The notes under the pieces are model-generated. The model was given only the letters and a program-made list of their open reading frames with translations. It searched no databases and had not been told where the DNA came from. This document shows, piece by piece, positions 41,363 through 52,400 of a stretch of 64,000 nt of DNA (its first letter is position 1; each line of letters begins with the position of its first letter). Made by a program: the position numbers and the translations under genes. This DNA is from a virus (lineage: Duplodnaviria > Caudoviricetes): the IMG/VR virus record IMGVR_UViG_3300020419_000014, positions 2,193-66,192 of that record. One strand, written 5' to 3'.

Positions 41363-42087
41363 TGGGATTACAAAAAGCTGACTTAAAAGATATGGTAGAT
41401 CATATTTTTGAAATTGATAGTTTCAAAAGTAAAATGGGTGAAGATAATAACATTGTTACATTAAGTTTTAGTACTAAAACAAACGAAACTGCAAAAGATC
41501 TTGTTAATTTTTTAGAAAAAGGTTATCCATTTATTTTAGATGCTGACGCAACGTCAGGAGAACAAAGAGATGGAACATACAAAGTTTTTGTAGAAATGGA
41601 ACGTAACGATTCTGTTCCAGATCAAATTTTAGAAATAATTGATGGTGTAAGCAAACTAGCAGGACATGACAGATTTAAATTTCGTTATTATAAAAACTTT
41701 AGGTCTATGGAAGCTACATTAGATAACTTACAGGAAAATATTCCTGCTGACCCAGATGACTATGGAATTAAAATCCAAAACGTTGCATTAGAAAGTTATT
41801 CTAACTTCTTTAACAAGAGCTTTTTAGAGTCTGTAGAAATGCATAACAATATATTAGCTATTAAAAAGATCCACGGAGATCCTTTGTACTTTAATTTTAT
41901 AGATATAGGTGATAAGGATTATATACTAAACAGTATTAATGAAACTATATCTGTTGACGACAACAACTTTGCTGAAATAATATATTTGAGCAAGTATTTA
42001 GGCGACTACAATATTACAAAGTTTGGCAACAAACTTACTTTCGAAAACAAAAATAAAGTTCTTGTGTTAACCCGTATTAACACTTAA
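41362..42087 (+). CDS. hypothetical late protein
   Basis: Coupled ORF; IDSFKSKMG...FLEKGY..ILDAD. Confidence 0.75.
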   Translation: MGLQKADLKDMVDHIFEIDSFKSKMGEDNNIVTLSFSTKTNETAKDLVNFLEKGYPFILDADATSGEQRDGTYKVFVEMERNDSVPDQILEIIDGVSKLAGHDRFKFRYYKNFRSMEATLDNLQENIPADPDDYGIKIQNVALESYSNFFNKSFLESVEMHNNILAIKKIHGDPLYFNFIDIGDKDYILNSINETISVDDNNFAEIIYLSKYLGDYNITKFGNKLTFENKNKVLVLTRINT

Positions 42088-42104
42088 AAAATAGGAGATG
42101 TAAC

Positions 42105-42953
42105 TTGGGTAAAGAACACTTTAAATTTGACTTTGACGAATGGATGGCTGAAGAGCTTATTCATCGTGATGATTGGAAAGATTGGTACGAAGCAATGTGC
42201 GAAATCTTACCATTATGGGAAGTCGATACTATAGAAAGAGTAGCAGGATTTATTGCTCAATGTGGACACGAGTCCGGCGGCTTTAGAGTATTAAGTGAAA
42301 ACTTAAACTATAGCGCCAAAGCATTGAATACAATATTTCCTAAATACTTTAAACGAGCAGGAAGGGAAGCAAATGAATATCATAGACAACCTGAAAAAAT
42401 TGCGAACGTTATTTACGCAAATAGAATGGACAACGGCGATGCATCATCCGGTGACGGGTGGACATTCAGAGGCGGCGGCATTCTTCAGCTTACCGGTAGA
42501 TACAACTACACAGAATTCGGCAAAGCAGTCGACAAAACGCCGGAAGAAGCGGTCGAGTACGTCAGGACCAAAGCAGGCGCATTAGATAGTGCATGCTGGT
42601 TTTGGGATACAAATAACATTAATAAATATTGCGACAATCAAGATATTGTTGGAATGACTAAACGTATTAACGGTGGTACTATTGGTTTAGACGATCGTAA
42701 GAAACATTACTTACATGCATTAGATGTGTTTGGTGGAGATTATGAAGAACCAGAAACAGATTACAATCAAACTATTCGTCAAGGATCACGTGGTCCGTTA
42801 GTCGCAGAAGTACAAGAAAAATTAGATATAACACCAGCTGATGGAATATTTGGTCCAGGTACAGCAAAAATTGTTAAACATTGGCAAAGTTCAAACGGAC
42901 TTGTTGCTGATGGTATTGTAGGACCTAAGACGCTGGGAAAGTTACTAGGGTAG
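42105..42953 (+). CDS. GH19 (chitinase-like) endolysin with C-terminal peptidoglycan-binding domain
   Basis: FIAQCGHESGGF, ENLNYS, FRGGG.LQLTGR.NY, TKRINGG; DGIFGPGT/DGIVGPKT; TTG start. Confidence 0.92.
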   Translation: MGKEHFKFDFDEWMAEELIHRDDWKDWYEAMCEILPLWEVDTIERVAGFIAQCGHESGGFRVLSENLNYSAKALNTIFPKYFKRAGREANEYHRQPEKIANVIYANRMDNGDASSGDGWTFRGGGILQLTGRYNYTEFGKAVDKTPEEAVEYVRTKAGALDSACWFWDTNNINKYCDNQDIVGMTKRINGGTIGLDDRKKHYLHALDVFGGDYEEPETDYNQTIRQGSRGPLVAEVQEKLDITPADGIFGPGTAKIVKHWQSSNGLVADGIVGPKTLGKLLG

Positions 42954-42961
42954 GTAGGACA

Positions 42962-43426
42962 GTGGGATTAAAACTTGCAGGTATAATGTTAGTTGTGATG
43001 TGTGCCATGGGCGGACTAGGATACTGGTATTATAATGACACACAAGAAAAACTCGCAACTCTTCATGAAAATAATGCAAAGTTAGAAACGGCAGTAGCTA
43101 TAAGCGAAGAGACCGTTTCGACTTTGAGAGCAGACTATGCCAAAGCAACTGAAGAGTTACAAAAAGTAAACGAAGAATTTGCAAACATTAGAGCACAAAA
43201 TAACGTGTTAAGTAAAAAACTTGCAAAGCACGATCTTTCTGTACTAGGTGCTGGTAAGCCTGGACTAGTTGGAAAAATAATAAACAATGCTAGTGAAAAA
43301 GCAGGTCGCTGTTTTGAAATATTAAGCGGTGCAGAATTAAATGAAAAAGAAAAAGGAGCAAAAAATGGTAAAGCATTCAATAGCGAGTGTCCTTGGCTGT
43401 GGCCTGGCAATACTGCTACTAAGTAG
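42962..43426 (+). CDS. i-spanin (Rz-like)
   Basis: N-terminal TM followed by a coiled coil; directly after the endolysin. Confidence 0.75.
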   Translation: MGLKLAGIMLVVMCAMGGLGYWYYNDTQEKLATLHENNAKLETAVAISEETVSTLRADYAKATEELQKVNEEFANIRAQNNVLSKKLAKHDLSVLGAGKPGLVGKIINNASEKAGRCFEILSGAELNEKEKGAKNGKAFNSECPWLWPGNTATK

Positions 43427-43838
43427 TTGTTCAACACCCGTACAAAAAATTGAAGTTACTGCTAAACCTATTGAGAAGCCTCAGTTGACTCTGCCACCTG
43501 TTGATAAAGTAGAAATGAAAGAAGTTAAGTGGGTTATTATTACTGAAAAAAATTACAAGGAAGTTTTTGCTGAATTAAAAAAGAACGGCAGACCATTAGC
43601 AATTTTTGGATTAACTGATAAAGGATACGCTAATTTAGGATTAAATTTTAGTGATATTAGAGCATTAGTACAGCAACAAAAAACTATCATTGCAGCATAC
43701 GAAGCATACTATAAAAATGCTGAAAAAGCATTAGAAAATGCAAATAAACAAGTTGATGAAGTAAATCAAGAAGTAAAAGAGTTAAATAGTAAGCAACCAA
43801 AGGAATCAACATTGCAAAAATTTAACCCTTTTAATTAG
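43365..43838 (+). CDS. o-spanin (Rz1-like lipoprotein)
   Basis: Lipobox LLLSSC, Pro-rich segment, AAGGAG SD; overlaps the i-spanin 3' end. Confidence 0.75.
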   Translation: MVKHSIASVLGCGLAILLLSSCSTPVQKIEVTAKPIEKPQLTLPPVDKVEMKEVKWVIITEKNYKEVFAELKKNGRPLAIFGLTDKGYANLGLNFSDIRALVQQQKTIIAAYEAYYKNAEKALENANKQVDEVNQEVKELNSKQPKESTLQKFNPFN

Positions 43839-43846
43839 GAAGACAT

Positions 43847-44143
43847 ATGTGGGAAATGATAGAAAGAATGGCAACTGATAGGCTATGGATCTATACAGGT
43901 ATAGGTGGTAGTTTATTTGGTGCTGCTTTTCTTATGTATTTCAAAGACACTAGAGCAGGACTTTGGTGCTACGCAAAATTTGATATGACTCTTGATTATC
44001 TAGTCGAAAGATGGGGGTTAACTTGGTTTGAACAACCAACAGATGCATGGAGGAAAAAATATCCTTACGTTACTAAGAAAATTGACGAGCTAGAAAAACG
44101 GATAAAACAATTGGAGGGCAAAAATGCCAAGAAAAAGTCCTGA
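43847..44143 (+). CDS. membrane protein in lysis cassette
   Basis: One TM helix and a C-terminal coiled coil. Confidence 0.65.
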   Translation: MWEMIERMATDRLWIYTGIGGSLFGAAFLMYFKDTRAGLWCYAKFDMTLDYLVERWGLTWFEQPTDAWRKKYPYVTKKIDELEKRIKQLEGKNAKKKS

Positions 44144-44489
44144 AGAATTAAATGCAAAACCAGCACCTAAAAAAGTAGATGCTGAAGTAGTTGTGCCTGC
44201 ATCAAGCACTGGTACAACTAAAAAAGTAAAATTAGATTTAGAAGTAGATACAAGTGTAAAAGACTTAGGACCAAATCCTTTTGCTAAAATTATACACATG
44301 GCAAGAGCTGTAGATGCTTGGAGAATTTTTCCAAGAATCTTTATTACTACATATATAATTTTATTATATAAATGTGTGATTTGGTATATGGACCTCCCCA
44401 ACCCAACCATGGAGCAGTCAGGATTGATATCAATTGTTGTTGGTGCTGGTGCTGCATGGTTCGGCCTTTATACCAGCTCTCGTAAATAG
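44124..44489 (+). CDS. holin-like 2-TM protein
   Basis: D.WRIFPR...two TM...AAWFGLY; lysis context. Confidence 0.6.
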   Translation: MPRKSPEELNAKPAPKKVDAEVVVPASSTGTTKKVKLDLEVDTSVKDLGPNPFAKIIHMARAVDAWRIFPRIFITTYIILLYKCVIWYMDLPNPTMEQSGLISIVVGAGAAWFGLYTSSRK

Positions 44490-44515
44490 ACCCTGTTTTT
44501 TAAATAAGTACTAGT

Positions 44516-45379
44516 ATGGACTACTATGACATACTAGGTGTATCAAAATCAGCCTCAGATAAAGAACTAAAGTCAGCATATAAGCGTAAAAGTATGGAGC
44601 ATCACCCTGATCGCACAGGAGGCAGTGATGAAAAGTTTAAAGAAATAAATGAAGCATATAGTGCGTTAAGTGATCCTGAAAAACGTCAAATGTACGACCA
44701 GTTTGGTACAACTAATCCTCAACAAACAGGGCCACAAGGCTTCCAAGATTTTCATTTTACAGCAAATGGATTTCAAGGTGGGATTGATATTAATGATTTA
44801 ATGAGGCAGTTTGGAATGGGAGGTTCACCGTTTGGACAAAGACAACCGCCAATGAAAAACCAAGATATTACAGTAATAGTGCCATTAGGATTAGATGAAG
44901 TATATACAGGAAAAACAATAAGACTTAGTTATGAGCTACAAAAAGGCGGTGTGCAAACACATGAAATAACTATTCCTCCAGGGATACATGATGTTATTAA
45001 ATATAGAGGATTAGGTAATAACGGTATAGACGGAATACCAAGAGGTGATTTATTTGCTAAAATAAAAGTAAATGATAGTAGTAATTGGAAGAGATCTGGT
45101 TTAGATTTACATACTGTTGTTCCTGTAAATATATTTGATTTAATACTGGGTACAGAAATACAAGTTACTACACCAGAAGGAAAAAATTTATCTGTAAAAG
45201 TTCCAAAAGGAAGCCAACCTACAGTAATTTTTAGTATACATGGTTACGGAATACCTGATATGCGTACAGGTGCTAGAGGAATAATATTTGTAAGACTCAA
45301 AACAACTGTGCCTCAGATCGACGATCAAGACATTTTAGATCGAATAACTACAATAAAGAAAGACTTGACAAACAACTAA
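44516..45379 (+). CDS. dnaJ: DnaJ-class chaperone (J domain, G/F region and C-terminal domain; no zinc finger)
   Basis: DYYDILGV, HPD, FKEINEAY..LSD, RGDL. Confidence 0.93.
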   Translation: MDYYDILGVSKSASDKELKSAYKRKSMEHHPDRTGGSDEKFKEINEAYSALSDPEKRQMYDQFGTTNPQQTGPQGFQDFHFTANGFQGGIDINDLMRQFGMGGSPFGQRQPPMKNQDITVIVPLGLDEVYTGKTIRLSYELQKGGVQTHEITIPPGIHDVIKYRGLGNNGIDGIPRGDLFAKIKVNDSSNWKRSGLDLHTVVPVNIFDLILGTEIQVTTPEGKNLSVKVPKGSQPTVIFSIHGYGIPDMRTGARGIIFVRLKTTVPQIDDQDILDRITTIKKDLTNN

Positions 45380-45393
45380 GAAATATATATAAT
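45365..45393 (+). promoter_or_regulatory. consensus sigma70 promoter
   Basis: TTGACA(45365-45370)-N17-TATAAT(45388-45393). Confidence 0.85.
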
Positions 45394-45437
45394 GTATGTA
45401 ATAACACACTTTCAAGAAACAAGGAAAATAAGATAGA

Positions 45438-47690
45438 ATGGTAGAACCTAACGAAGAACTACAACTAGTTTTTGATAAAGCTATTAAAGATGCTAAGAAG
45501 CTGAACCACGAATATGTTACATTAGAGCATCTATTATTTTCAATGCTGTGTTCAGAAAACTTTTATAATCTTTTAAAAGGTTATGGATGTACTATTGATG
45601 ATATGAAAACACAGTTAGAAAACTATTTAAAAACAGGGCTAGACGAAATAAGCATGGAAAAAGGTGCTCGTTATAAACCTAAGAAAACACAAACTGTTGA
45701 AAGAGTTTTAAATAGAGCTTTTACACAAGTACTATTTGCTGGTCGTCCGCATATTACACTAAGTGATGTTTTGTTAAGTATACTATCTGAAAAGAAATCG
45801 CATGCGGCTTTTTACTTAGATCAAAGTGGAGTTGATAAGGATAAATTTGCTGAATATGTTAGTTCAGAATTAGGTCAAGATGATGCAGAAAATGCCAGTG
45901 CAAGTCAACGGGCATTAAACGCATTTACTACAAACTTAAATGAAGAAGTTGCAAGAAATAAAGTAGATCCTGTTATTGGTAGGATTGATGAACTTGAATC
46001 CATATCATTAGCCTTAGGAAGACGCACAAAAAATAATGTTTTACTTGTAGGTGATCCTGGAGTTGGAAAAACTGCTATTGCAGAAGGACTTGCATGGAAT
46101 ATTGTAAACGGTGCAGTACCCGAATTCCTTAAAGAATATAATGTTTATATGTTAGACATTGGTGCTATGTTAGCTGGAAGTAAGTATCGTGGAGACTTTG
46201 AAGAAAGATTTAAATTAGTACTTGCAGGGCTACGTCGAAAAGGTAAGACAATTATGTTTATCGACGAGGCACATATGATTAGTGGTGCAGGTACAGCAGG
46301 AGCAGGCGGTTCTAATGATCTTGCAAACATGTTAAAGCCTGCATTAAGTAAAGGAAATATTAAAGTAGTTGCTTCAACTACATGGGAAGAATATAGAAAA
46401 TTCTTCGAAAGCGATCGTGCATTAATGCGTAGATTCCAACGTGTTAGTGTTGACGAACCTACTACTTCTGTAACAAAAGATATCTTACTAGGAATTAAGA
46501 AATATTATGAAGATTATCACGGTACTGAAATTACAGAATCAGCAATTGATGAAGCAATAAAATTAAGTGTAAAATATCAACCTGATAAAAAGTTACCAGA
46601 CAAAGCTATTGACTTAATTGACTTAGCGTGTTCAAGATTTAATTTAAGTTTGCCTAAAAACAAAATTGTAGAAGCAAGCCAGATTCAGTTTGAACTGTCA
46701 AAAGTAGTTAAAATTCCTGCAGAACAAGTAGCAGAAAGAGAAACAGAAAACTTAGCAAATTTAGAACATAATATTAAACAAGAAGTGTATGGGCAAGATA
46801 AAGCAATTATTTCTATAGTTGATAAAATTCTAATCGCACAGGCTGGGTTGAAAGCAGATGATAAACCTGTAGGTAGTTTTGTGTTTATGGGTCCAACTGG
46901 AACAGGTAAGACTGAAACTGCAAAGCAACTAGCTAAACATTTAGGTGTCAATCTTGTAAGATTTGATATGAGTGAATATCAAGAAAGGCATAGTGTAGCT
47001 AAGTTAATTGGTTCTCCTCCTGGTTATGTAGGACACGAAGAAAAAGGTGGTTTGTTAATTGAAAAGTTACAAGAAAACCCAAACTGTGTTTTATTACTAG
47101 ATGAAATTGAAAAAGCACACCCTGATGTATCACAATTACTTTTACAAGTAATGGATAATGGTAAGATTACAGGGTCTAACGGTAAAGAAGCAGATGCAAG
47201 AAATTGTATTTTAATATTAACAACTAATCTTGGATCTAAGGATGCTGAAAAGAATAACTTAGGATTCGGTAATGAACTAGAAAGAAAGTATGAAGATGCT
47301 GATCTTAAAAAATTCTTTGCACCAGAATTTAGAAATAGACTAGATGCAACAATTACGTTTTCAAAACTTTCTAAAGAAACAATGATGAAAATTGTAGGGA
47401 AGTTCTTAGTAGCATTAAAGGATATGGTGAAAGATAAAAATATTAAAATTACTATAGCAGATGAAGCTCTTGACTATTTGGTAGATAAAGGTTTTGATGA
47501 AAAATTAGGAGCTAGACCATTACAAAGAGTTATTGATCAAGATATTAAACGTCCTCTATCAAAAGAACTATTATTTGGAAACTTAAAAGATGGTGGTGCT
47601 GTTCATATTGACGTAAAAGATCAAGATTTAATCTTTGAATCTAAACCAAGCAAAAAAACAAAAGTGAAAGAGGTTAATGAAGAAGGCTAA
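45438..47690 (+). CDS. clpA: ClpA-type Hsp100 ATPase
   Basis: Clp N-domain, two AAA+ modules (GDPGVGKT, GPTGTGKT), no long M-domain, LGF ClpP-docking-type loop. Confidence 0.92.
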   Translation: MVEPNEELQLVFDKAIKDAKKLNHEYVTLEHLLFSMLCSENFYNLLKGYGCTIDDMKTQLENYLKTGLDEISMEKGARYKPKKTQTVERVLNRAFTQVLFAGRPHITLSDVLLSILSEKKSHAAFYLDQSGVDKDKFAEYVSSELGQDDAENASASQRALNAFTTNLNEEVARNKVDPVIGRIDELESISLALGRRTKNNVLLVGDPGVGKTAIAEGLAWNIVNGAVPEFLKEYNVYMLDIGAMLAGSKYRGDFEERFKLVLAGLRRKGKTIMFIDEAHMISGAGTAGAGGSNDLANMLKPALSKGNIKVVASTTWEEYRKFFESDRALMRRFQRVSVDEPTTSVTKDILLGIKKYYEDYHGTEITESAIDEAIKLSVKYQPDKKLPDKAIDLIDLACSRFNLSLPKNKIVEASQIQFELSKVVKIPAEQVAERETENLANLEHNIKQEVYGQDKAIISIVDKILIAQAGLKADDKPVGSFVFMGPTGTGKTETAKQLAKHLGVNLVRFDMSEYQERHSVAKLIGSPPGYVGHEEKGGLLIEKLQENPNCVLLLDEIEKAHPDVSQLLLQVMDNGKITGSNGKEADARNCILILTTNLGSKDAEKNNLGFGNELERKYEDADLKKFFAPEFRNRLDATITFSKLSKETMMKIVGKFLVALKDMVKDKNIKITIADEALDYLVDKGFDEKLGARPLQRVIDQDIKRPLSKELLFGNLKDGGAVHIDVKDQDLIFESKPSKKTKVKEVNEEG

Positions 47691-48366
47691 AAGAAGACAG
47701 ATATATGATGTAAATAATGTAGATTTGGCTACAGTTTCTGACGAATTGTCTTTGCTTAATATAGGTGATACAGAAGCATTAAATGTAAAAATCCATACAC
47801 CAAACTTCCACGAAGAAATAAAACAATTAGACGACCAATGGGTAGACTACTTACCTAGGCCTGACAGAACAAACAATAGGCAAGGATTAGCATTATATAA
47901 TCTTCCAGGATTTACACATCAACAGAACCCATCACTAAGAGAAGCAAGTAAAGAAGCAGGCAGAAGATTAAGTGAAGTAGAATTTAATCAGCCTACAGAA
48001 ATTGTTGAGAAGCTTCCATCTTTACACCCTATACTTAATATGTTTGATTCCTTAGGTAGAACATTTTTAGTTAAATGTAATATTGGTGGGTATTTTCCAC
48101 CACATAGAGATCATCCTGTAATGCCAAGGGAAACTTTTAGATTAATTGTATTCTTAAAGAATTGTGGTACAATGGAATATGATTGGATAATGGGACAAAG
48201 TGATAAAATGGAAATAGACGAAGGAAGAGTTTATTATATTAATACTAGAAAAGTCCATCGTACTATGAGCTATACTAACGAATCTATTCATTTAATTATG
48301 AATATACCTATGACAACACATAATGTTGCTACTGTTCTTGATAACCTGTTATACACTCATGGTTAA
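47677..48366 (+). CDS. Asp/Asn beta-hydroxylase-like 2OG-Fe(II) oxygenase
   Basis: GGYFPPHRD...G.VY.INT...H. Confidence 0.7.
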   Translation: MKKAKRRQIYDVNNVDLATVSDELSLLNIGDTEALNVKIHTPNFHEEIKQLDDQWVDYLPRPDRTNNRQGLALYNLPGFTHQQNPSLREASKEAGRRLSEVEFNQPTEIVEKLPSLHPILNMFDSLGRTFLVKCNIGGYFPPHRDHPVMPRETFRLIVFLKNCGTMEYDWIMGQSDKMEIDEGRVYYINTRKVHRTMSYTNESIHLIMNIPMTTHNVATVLDNLLYTHG

Positions 48367-48386
48367 GAGTGAAAGAAACCCCCTAA

Positions 48387-49064
48387 ATGACTACAAATTA
48401 CTTTATACGTGAACTTGAAACTACTAAATTATTTTACAACAAATACCTTTACAAACTTTTATTGCATAATCCTTTAGTTGCAATTTTTAGAGATAAAAAT
48501 TTTACATATGCTAGACAGCAACTTGATGCACTCCAACTAAGATACGAATCTGGTGACAAACTAAGAATAAACAAACACAGAGAAGTAGTATCTGTAGAAC
48601 AGTTTGTAGGTGCAAAGTTTTTACTAACAGAACTAGATACACAAACTGACTTTAAATTACGAATAGAATCTCCAAGAATGGCAATCTATTCTAATGACAA
48701 AAAGTGGTTAGATTACATGAAAACTAAGCCGTTAAAGTTTTTTGAATTCTGGTCTCCTAATACAGATTACGTACATCTTTTACAGAAAAATACTATACTT
48801 ACAAGTGATATAAATTTTGGATATGCATACAAAGTTACTTTTGCTGATAAAATAGATCCTAACTTCTACAAATGGATTGTGAATAACCCTTTTAAAGTAA
48901 AGGTAGGTGATACCTGTTTAGAAAGCATTAAAAAAGGTCAATATGTTAGGGGGTTTTACTGCTATATCAAAGATGATAAAATATTATCATTAATTCACCT
49001 TATGATAGGAGCTCAAATTGCTCGTATAGACAATATAGTATACAAAGCGGTTAAGGATAAATAA
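48387..49064 (+). CDS. hypothetical protein
   Basis: Intact ORF; KLFYNKYLYK N-terminal motif. Confidence 0.7.
   Translation: MTTNYFIRELETTKLFYNKYLYKLLLHNPLVAIFRDKNFTYARQQLDALQLRYESGDKLRINKHREVVSVEQFVGAKFLLTELDTQTDFKLRIESPRMAIYSNDKKWLDYMKTKPLKFFEFWSPNTDYVHLLQKNTILTSDINFGYAYKVTFADKIDPNFYKWIVNNPFKVKVGDTCLESIKKGQYVRGFYCYIKDDKILSLIHLMIGAQIARIDNIVYKAVKDK
49056..49063 (+). promoter_or_regulatory. late promoter heading the cargo locus (leaderless)
   Basis: GATAAATA, 5 nt before the ATG at 49069. Confidence 0.7.
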
Positions 49065-49068
49065 TAGT

Positions 49069-49410
49069 ATGCCGAGTTATAGCGAAATAATATTATCAAA
49101 TCAAGTACATCCAGGAGACAGTACCAGTGAGACTGTAACTGGAACTAAGTATAAAGGCGATGGATACTATGGTAGATCCGACGGTTTTCATACTGTACAA
49201 TACAATGTTTCTGGTTTTAGTGGAACAATTAAGATGCAAGGAACGTTAGCTACTGTTCCTGCAGAAGCAGACTATTTCGATATTACTGGCTCAGAAAGTA
49301 CAAGCTCAAATGGCTCATTTTTTAAAAATTTTACAGGAAATTATGTATGGGTTAGAGCTGTTGTAACATATACAGACGGAACAGTACAAAGTATACTATT
49401 AAATCATTAA
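49069..49410 (+). CDS. small beta-rich virion protein
   Basis: GDGYYG..DG.HTVQY...GNYVWVRA; late promoter. Confidence 0.7.
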   Translation: MPSYSEIILSNQVHPGDSTSETVTGTKYKGDGYYGRSDGFHTVQYNVSGFSGTIKMQGTLATVPAEADYFDITGSESTSSNGSFFKNFTGNYVWVRAVVTYTDGTVQSILLNH

Positions 49411-49420
49411 GGACGGAATT

Positions 49421-52400
49421 ATGGAAAATTTTATTAGTGTTTCAATACCAAGCAGAAGAGCAAAAAAATCAGTTTTAGAAAAAATGATTGCATCAGCTGG
49501 TATTCACTTAAACGAAGGCGAACCAAACTACGGTGTGTTTCAAGGAGAAGATAAAAATATTATTCTTAAACTTGAACTGCCACAAGAACTGAATAGCAAA
49601 GATTCAGATATTGTTGCACACAACTTATCTGAAAATTTATTTGATTTAGGTTATGACGATTTTGATATAGAGATTAGTTCTGATCCGTCCGACGAAACTA
49701 CTCTAGAAAATACTGACTGGCACACAATTGATGAAGCACCTATACAGATTGTACAAATTGGTCCAAACGGAGAATATGTCAACTTTAACATAGACAAAAG
49801 TTTACCTTCTATAGAGGTCAAAGGCCCAACAGGAAAACCAAGAAGAATTCATGGCACTCCTGCTCAACTTGCTAAAGCACAAGCTGATCTAAAGAAAAAA
49901 GGCTCACAAATTACAAAGCCAATTAAAGCACAAGGCGGTGTACAAGGTGCAACGTTTAACAAAGACGGAAGTATAAACACCGGTGAACCTAAAGATAAAG
50001 AAGTAACAAAAAAACAACCAGGATCAGGTCCTGCACCAGGTAGCGAAGAAGCACTAATGGCTATTGTAAATCAATATGCAAAACCTGGAATGACACTAGC
50101 TGATGTTGACTCAATGGAAAGAGCCGCAGTTGCTAGTGAAGTACAATCAGCACCTGATGATGCAAATATTTTTAGCAAAGCATTCAAAGGGTTTATGCGG
50201 TTTGCAAAAAGCAAAGATTGGCGTGTAAAGTTTGTCCTAGCAAACGCAGCTGAAAAAATGGAATTACCAGGATTATTTAATTCTCGAGGTAGTTTTATAT
50301 ACATGGCTGAACAAAGTACCGACGACGAAAGTGGAAACTTTGATGCAGGAGGTCCATCTTCTGCTGCTGGAACAAGTCTAAAAGATTACATGACTCTTGC
50401 TAAAGTAGGACTTTTACCAGCAAGCAAAATAGAAAAAATTCAAAAAGCATTTGCGAATCGACCCGATGATATGAAAACAGTAAATGCTATTGTTGCCGCA
50501 CAAAAAGCAGCAACAACTAAAGCACCATCAGGTGACTTACCAGGTGACGGCATGACTGATGTTGAAAGACAAGCTAAACAGGGCGTTGATGCTGCGAAAG
50601 CAGGAGTAGATTCTCCAGGTGCCGATGCAGGTAAGTTTGATAATCTTTCTCAGAAAGAAGCAAGTCAATTACTATTTGATAAGTTAAAACAACTTAGAGA
50701 GTTGATGCGTAACAATCCTGAGCCACGCAGTGGTATTGCAGAAAATAATAAAAAAATATTGATGCGTAGACTACACGGTAATCATATATTTGAAGATGCG
50801 GCCGCAGACAAGGCTATTGCAGAGTTAATAGCAGACATTGAATTGCTTATGCCGAAAGTAAGTGATGCTAATCAACGTATTGCGGCAGATGCAGTACGTA
50901 AAGCTAGTCCATATGTAAAACGTCACCAAGCTGTTTCAGCTGCAAAACCAGATCTTAAAAAAGCTGATAAAATTAGTAGTGCAGATGATAGAGTTAAAAG
51001 ACTTAACATACCTGGAAATCCATTAGCTGACTTTGCTAAATCAGGTAAAGGTGGATTAGCTAATGATCCTGATGAACAACTAGCAATTGATGAATTACAG
51101 TCATATTTAGGTGTTCCTGTAACAGGAAAATATGACCAAGCAACAAAAGATGCAGTAGCAAAATACCAAAAAGAAAATGGTTTGAAAGTAGACGGCGATG
51201 CTGGTCCAAACACTATAGCAAAAATGATGGGTGTAGATCCACAAGATCTTACAGATCCTAACAGAAGTGATGCAAAACAAAAATCCAAAGAAAAGTCAGC
51301 AGCTGATCAACGTAAAGCAGATGCTAAGAAAGATTTAAAGAACGGTGTTGCTCCAGAGGAAGAACAAACTTTAGAAAATGCAATTAAGTTTAATTGGAAA
51401 AAGAAAAGCTACTATGTAAGTACAACCAAAGTAGAAAAGAATGAAGCAAACAATAATATTGCTTGGGTATTTTATAAAGATGAAGAACTTAAACAAGGAC
51501 AAAAAGTTGCTACACTAGGAAGTCACTGGGAAGCACAACTAGAAAAAGAATTAGAGAGAAGAGCGGCAGCAGGAAGTAAAAAAGCTAAAGATGCTTTAGA
51601 AATTATTAATCCTGAAGGCAAAGATGATCCTAAATTTGCTCCAGCACAAACAGGCGGAGAAGCTGATACAGATGCTGATGTAGATGCTGGTATTGTCGAG
51701 GATATATATGATGCTGTTAAAACTCTTACAGGAACAGATGAAAAACAGTTATTTGATGCAATTGGCGCTATTAGAGATAATGCACACTACAAGACAATAG
51801 CAAGAATGTTTAAGAAAGAATACCCAAATGCAATCGGCGGAAAATATCCAACACTAGCTATTTGGATGCGAGACGATTTAGAAGGGTGGTTCTTTACAGC
51901 AGATGACCTTAAGAAGTTTGATAGAGAAATGAATAGACTCGGTGTCAACATTAAGAAACCTATTCCAGCAGAAAAAGTTGCAAAAGGTGAAACAGTTAAA
52001 TCTGGTAATAAAACAGTTGTAGGTACAGGTGAACCAAAAGACAAACCAAAAGATGGTGGTAATCCAGGTGGTAATCAATCAACAGCTAAGAAAGATGATA
52101 GCACGACAACTGATAAGAAAGATGATAGCACAACAACTGATAAGAAAGATGATAGCACAACAACTGATAAGAAAGATGATGGTGGCGAAACAGCTAGTGA
52201 TGATTCAAAAGCAAAAAAACCAGAAAAGTTTAGTGCTGAGCAAGAAACTTATATGGGTAAACTAGCAGAAAAAATAATGAGAGCTGGCGACTTTGGTATT
52301 ACAACAGGTGGTACAGATGAAAAAGCTATTCAATCTGCATTAAGTATGATAAAAACACCAGGACAATACAAGAAAGTTGATCAATACTTTAAGGACTTAG

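Noticed and set aside
52087-52180. Possible CRISPR array
   Set aside because: The repeats are contiguous with no spacers and lie in frame inside a CDS; no cas genes are present.
52029-52265. Alternative-frame ORF with repeated IRKMIAQQL
   Set aside because: It is a by-product of the 27-bp tandem repeat read in another frame.
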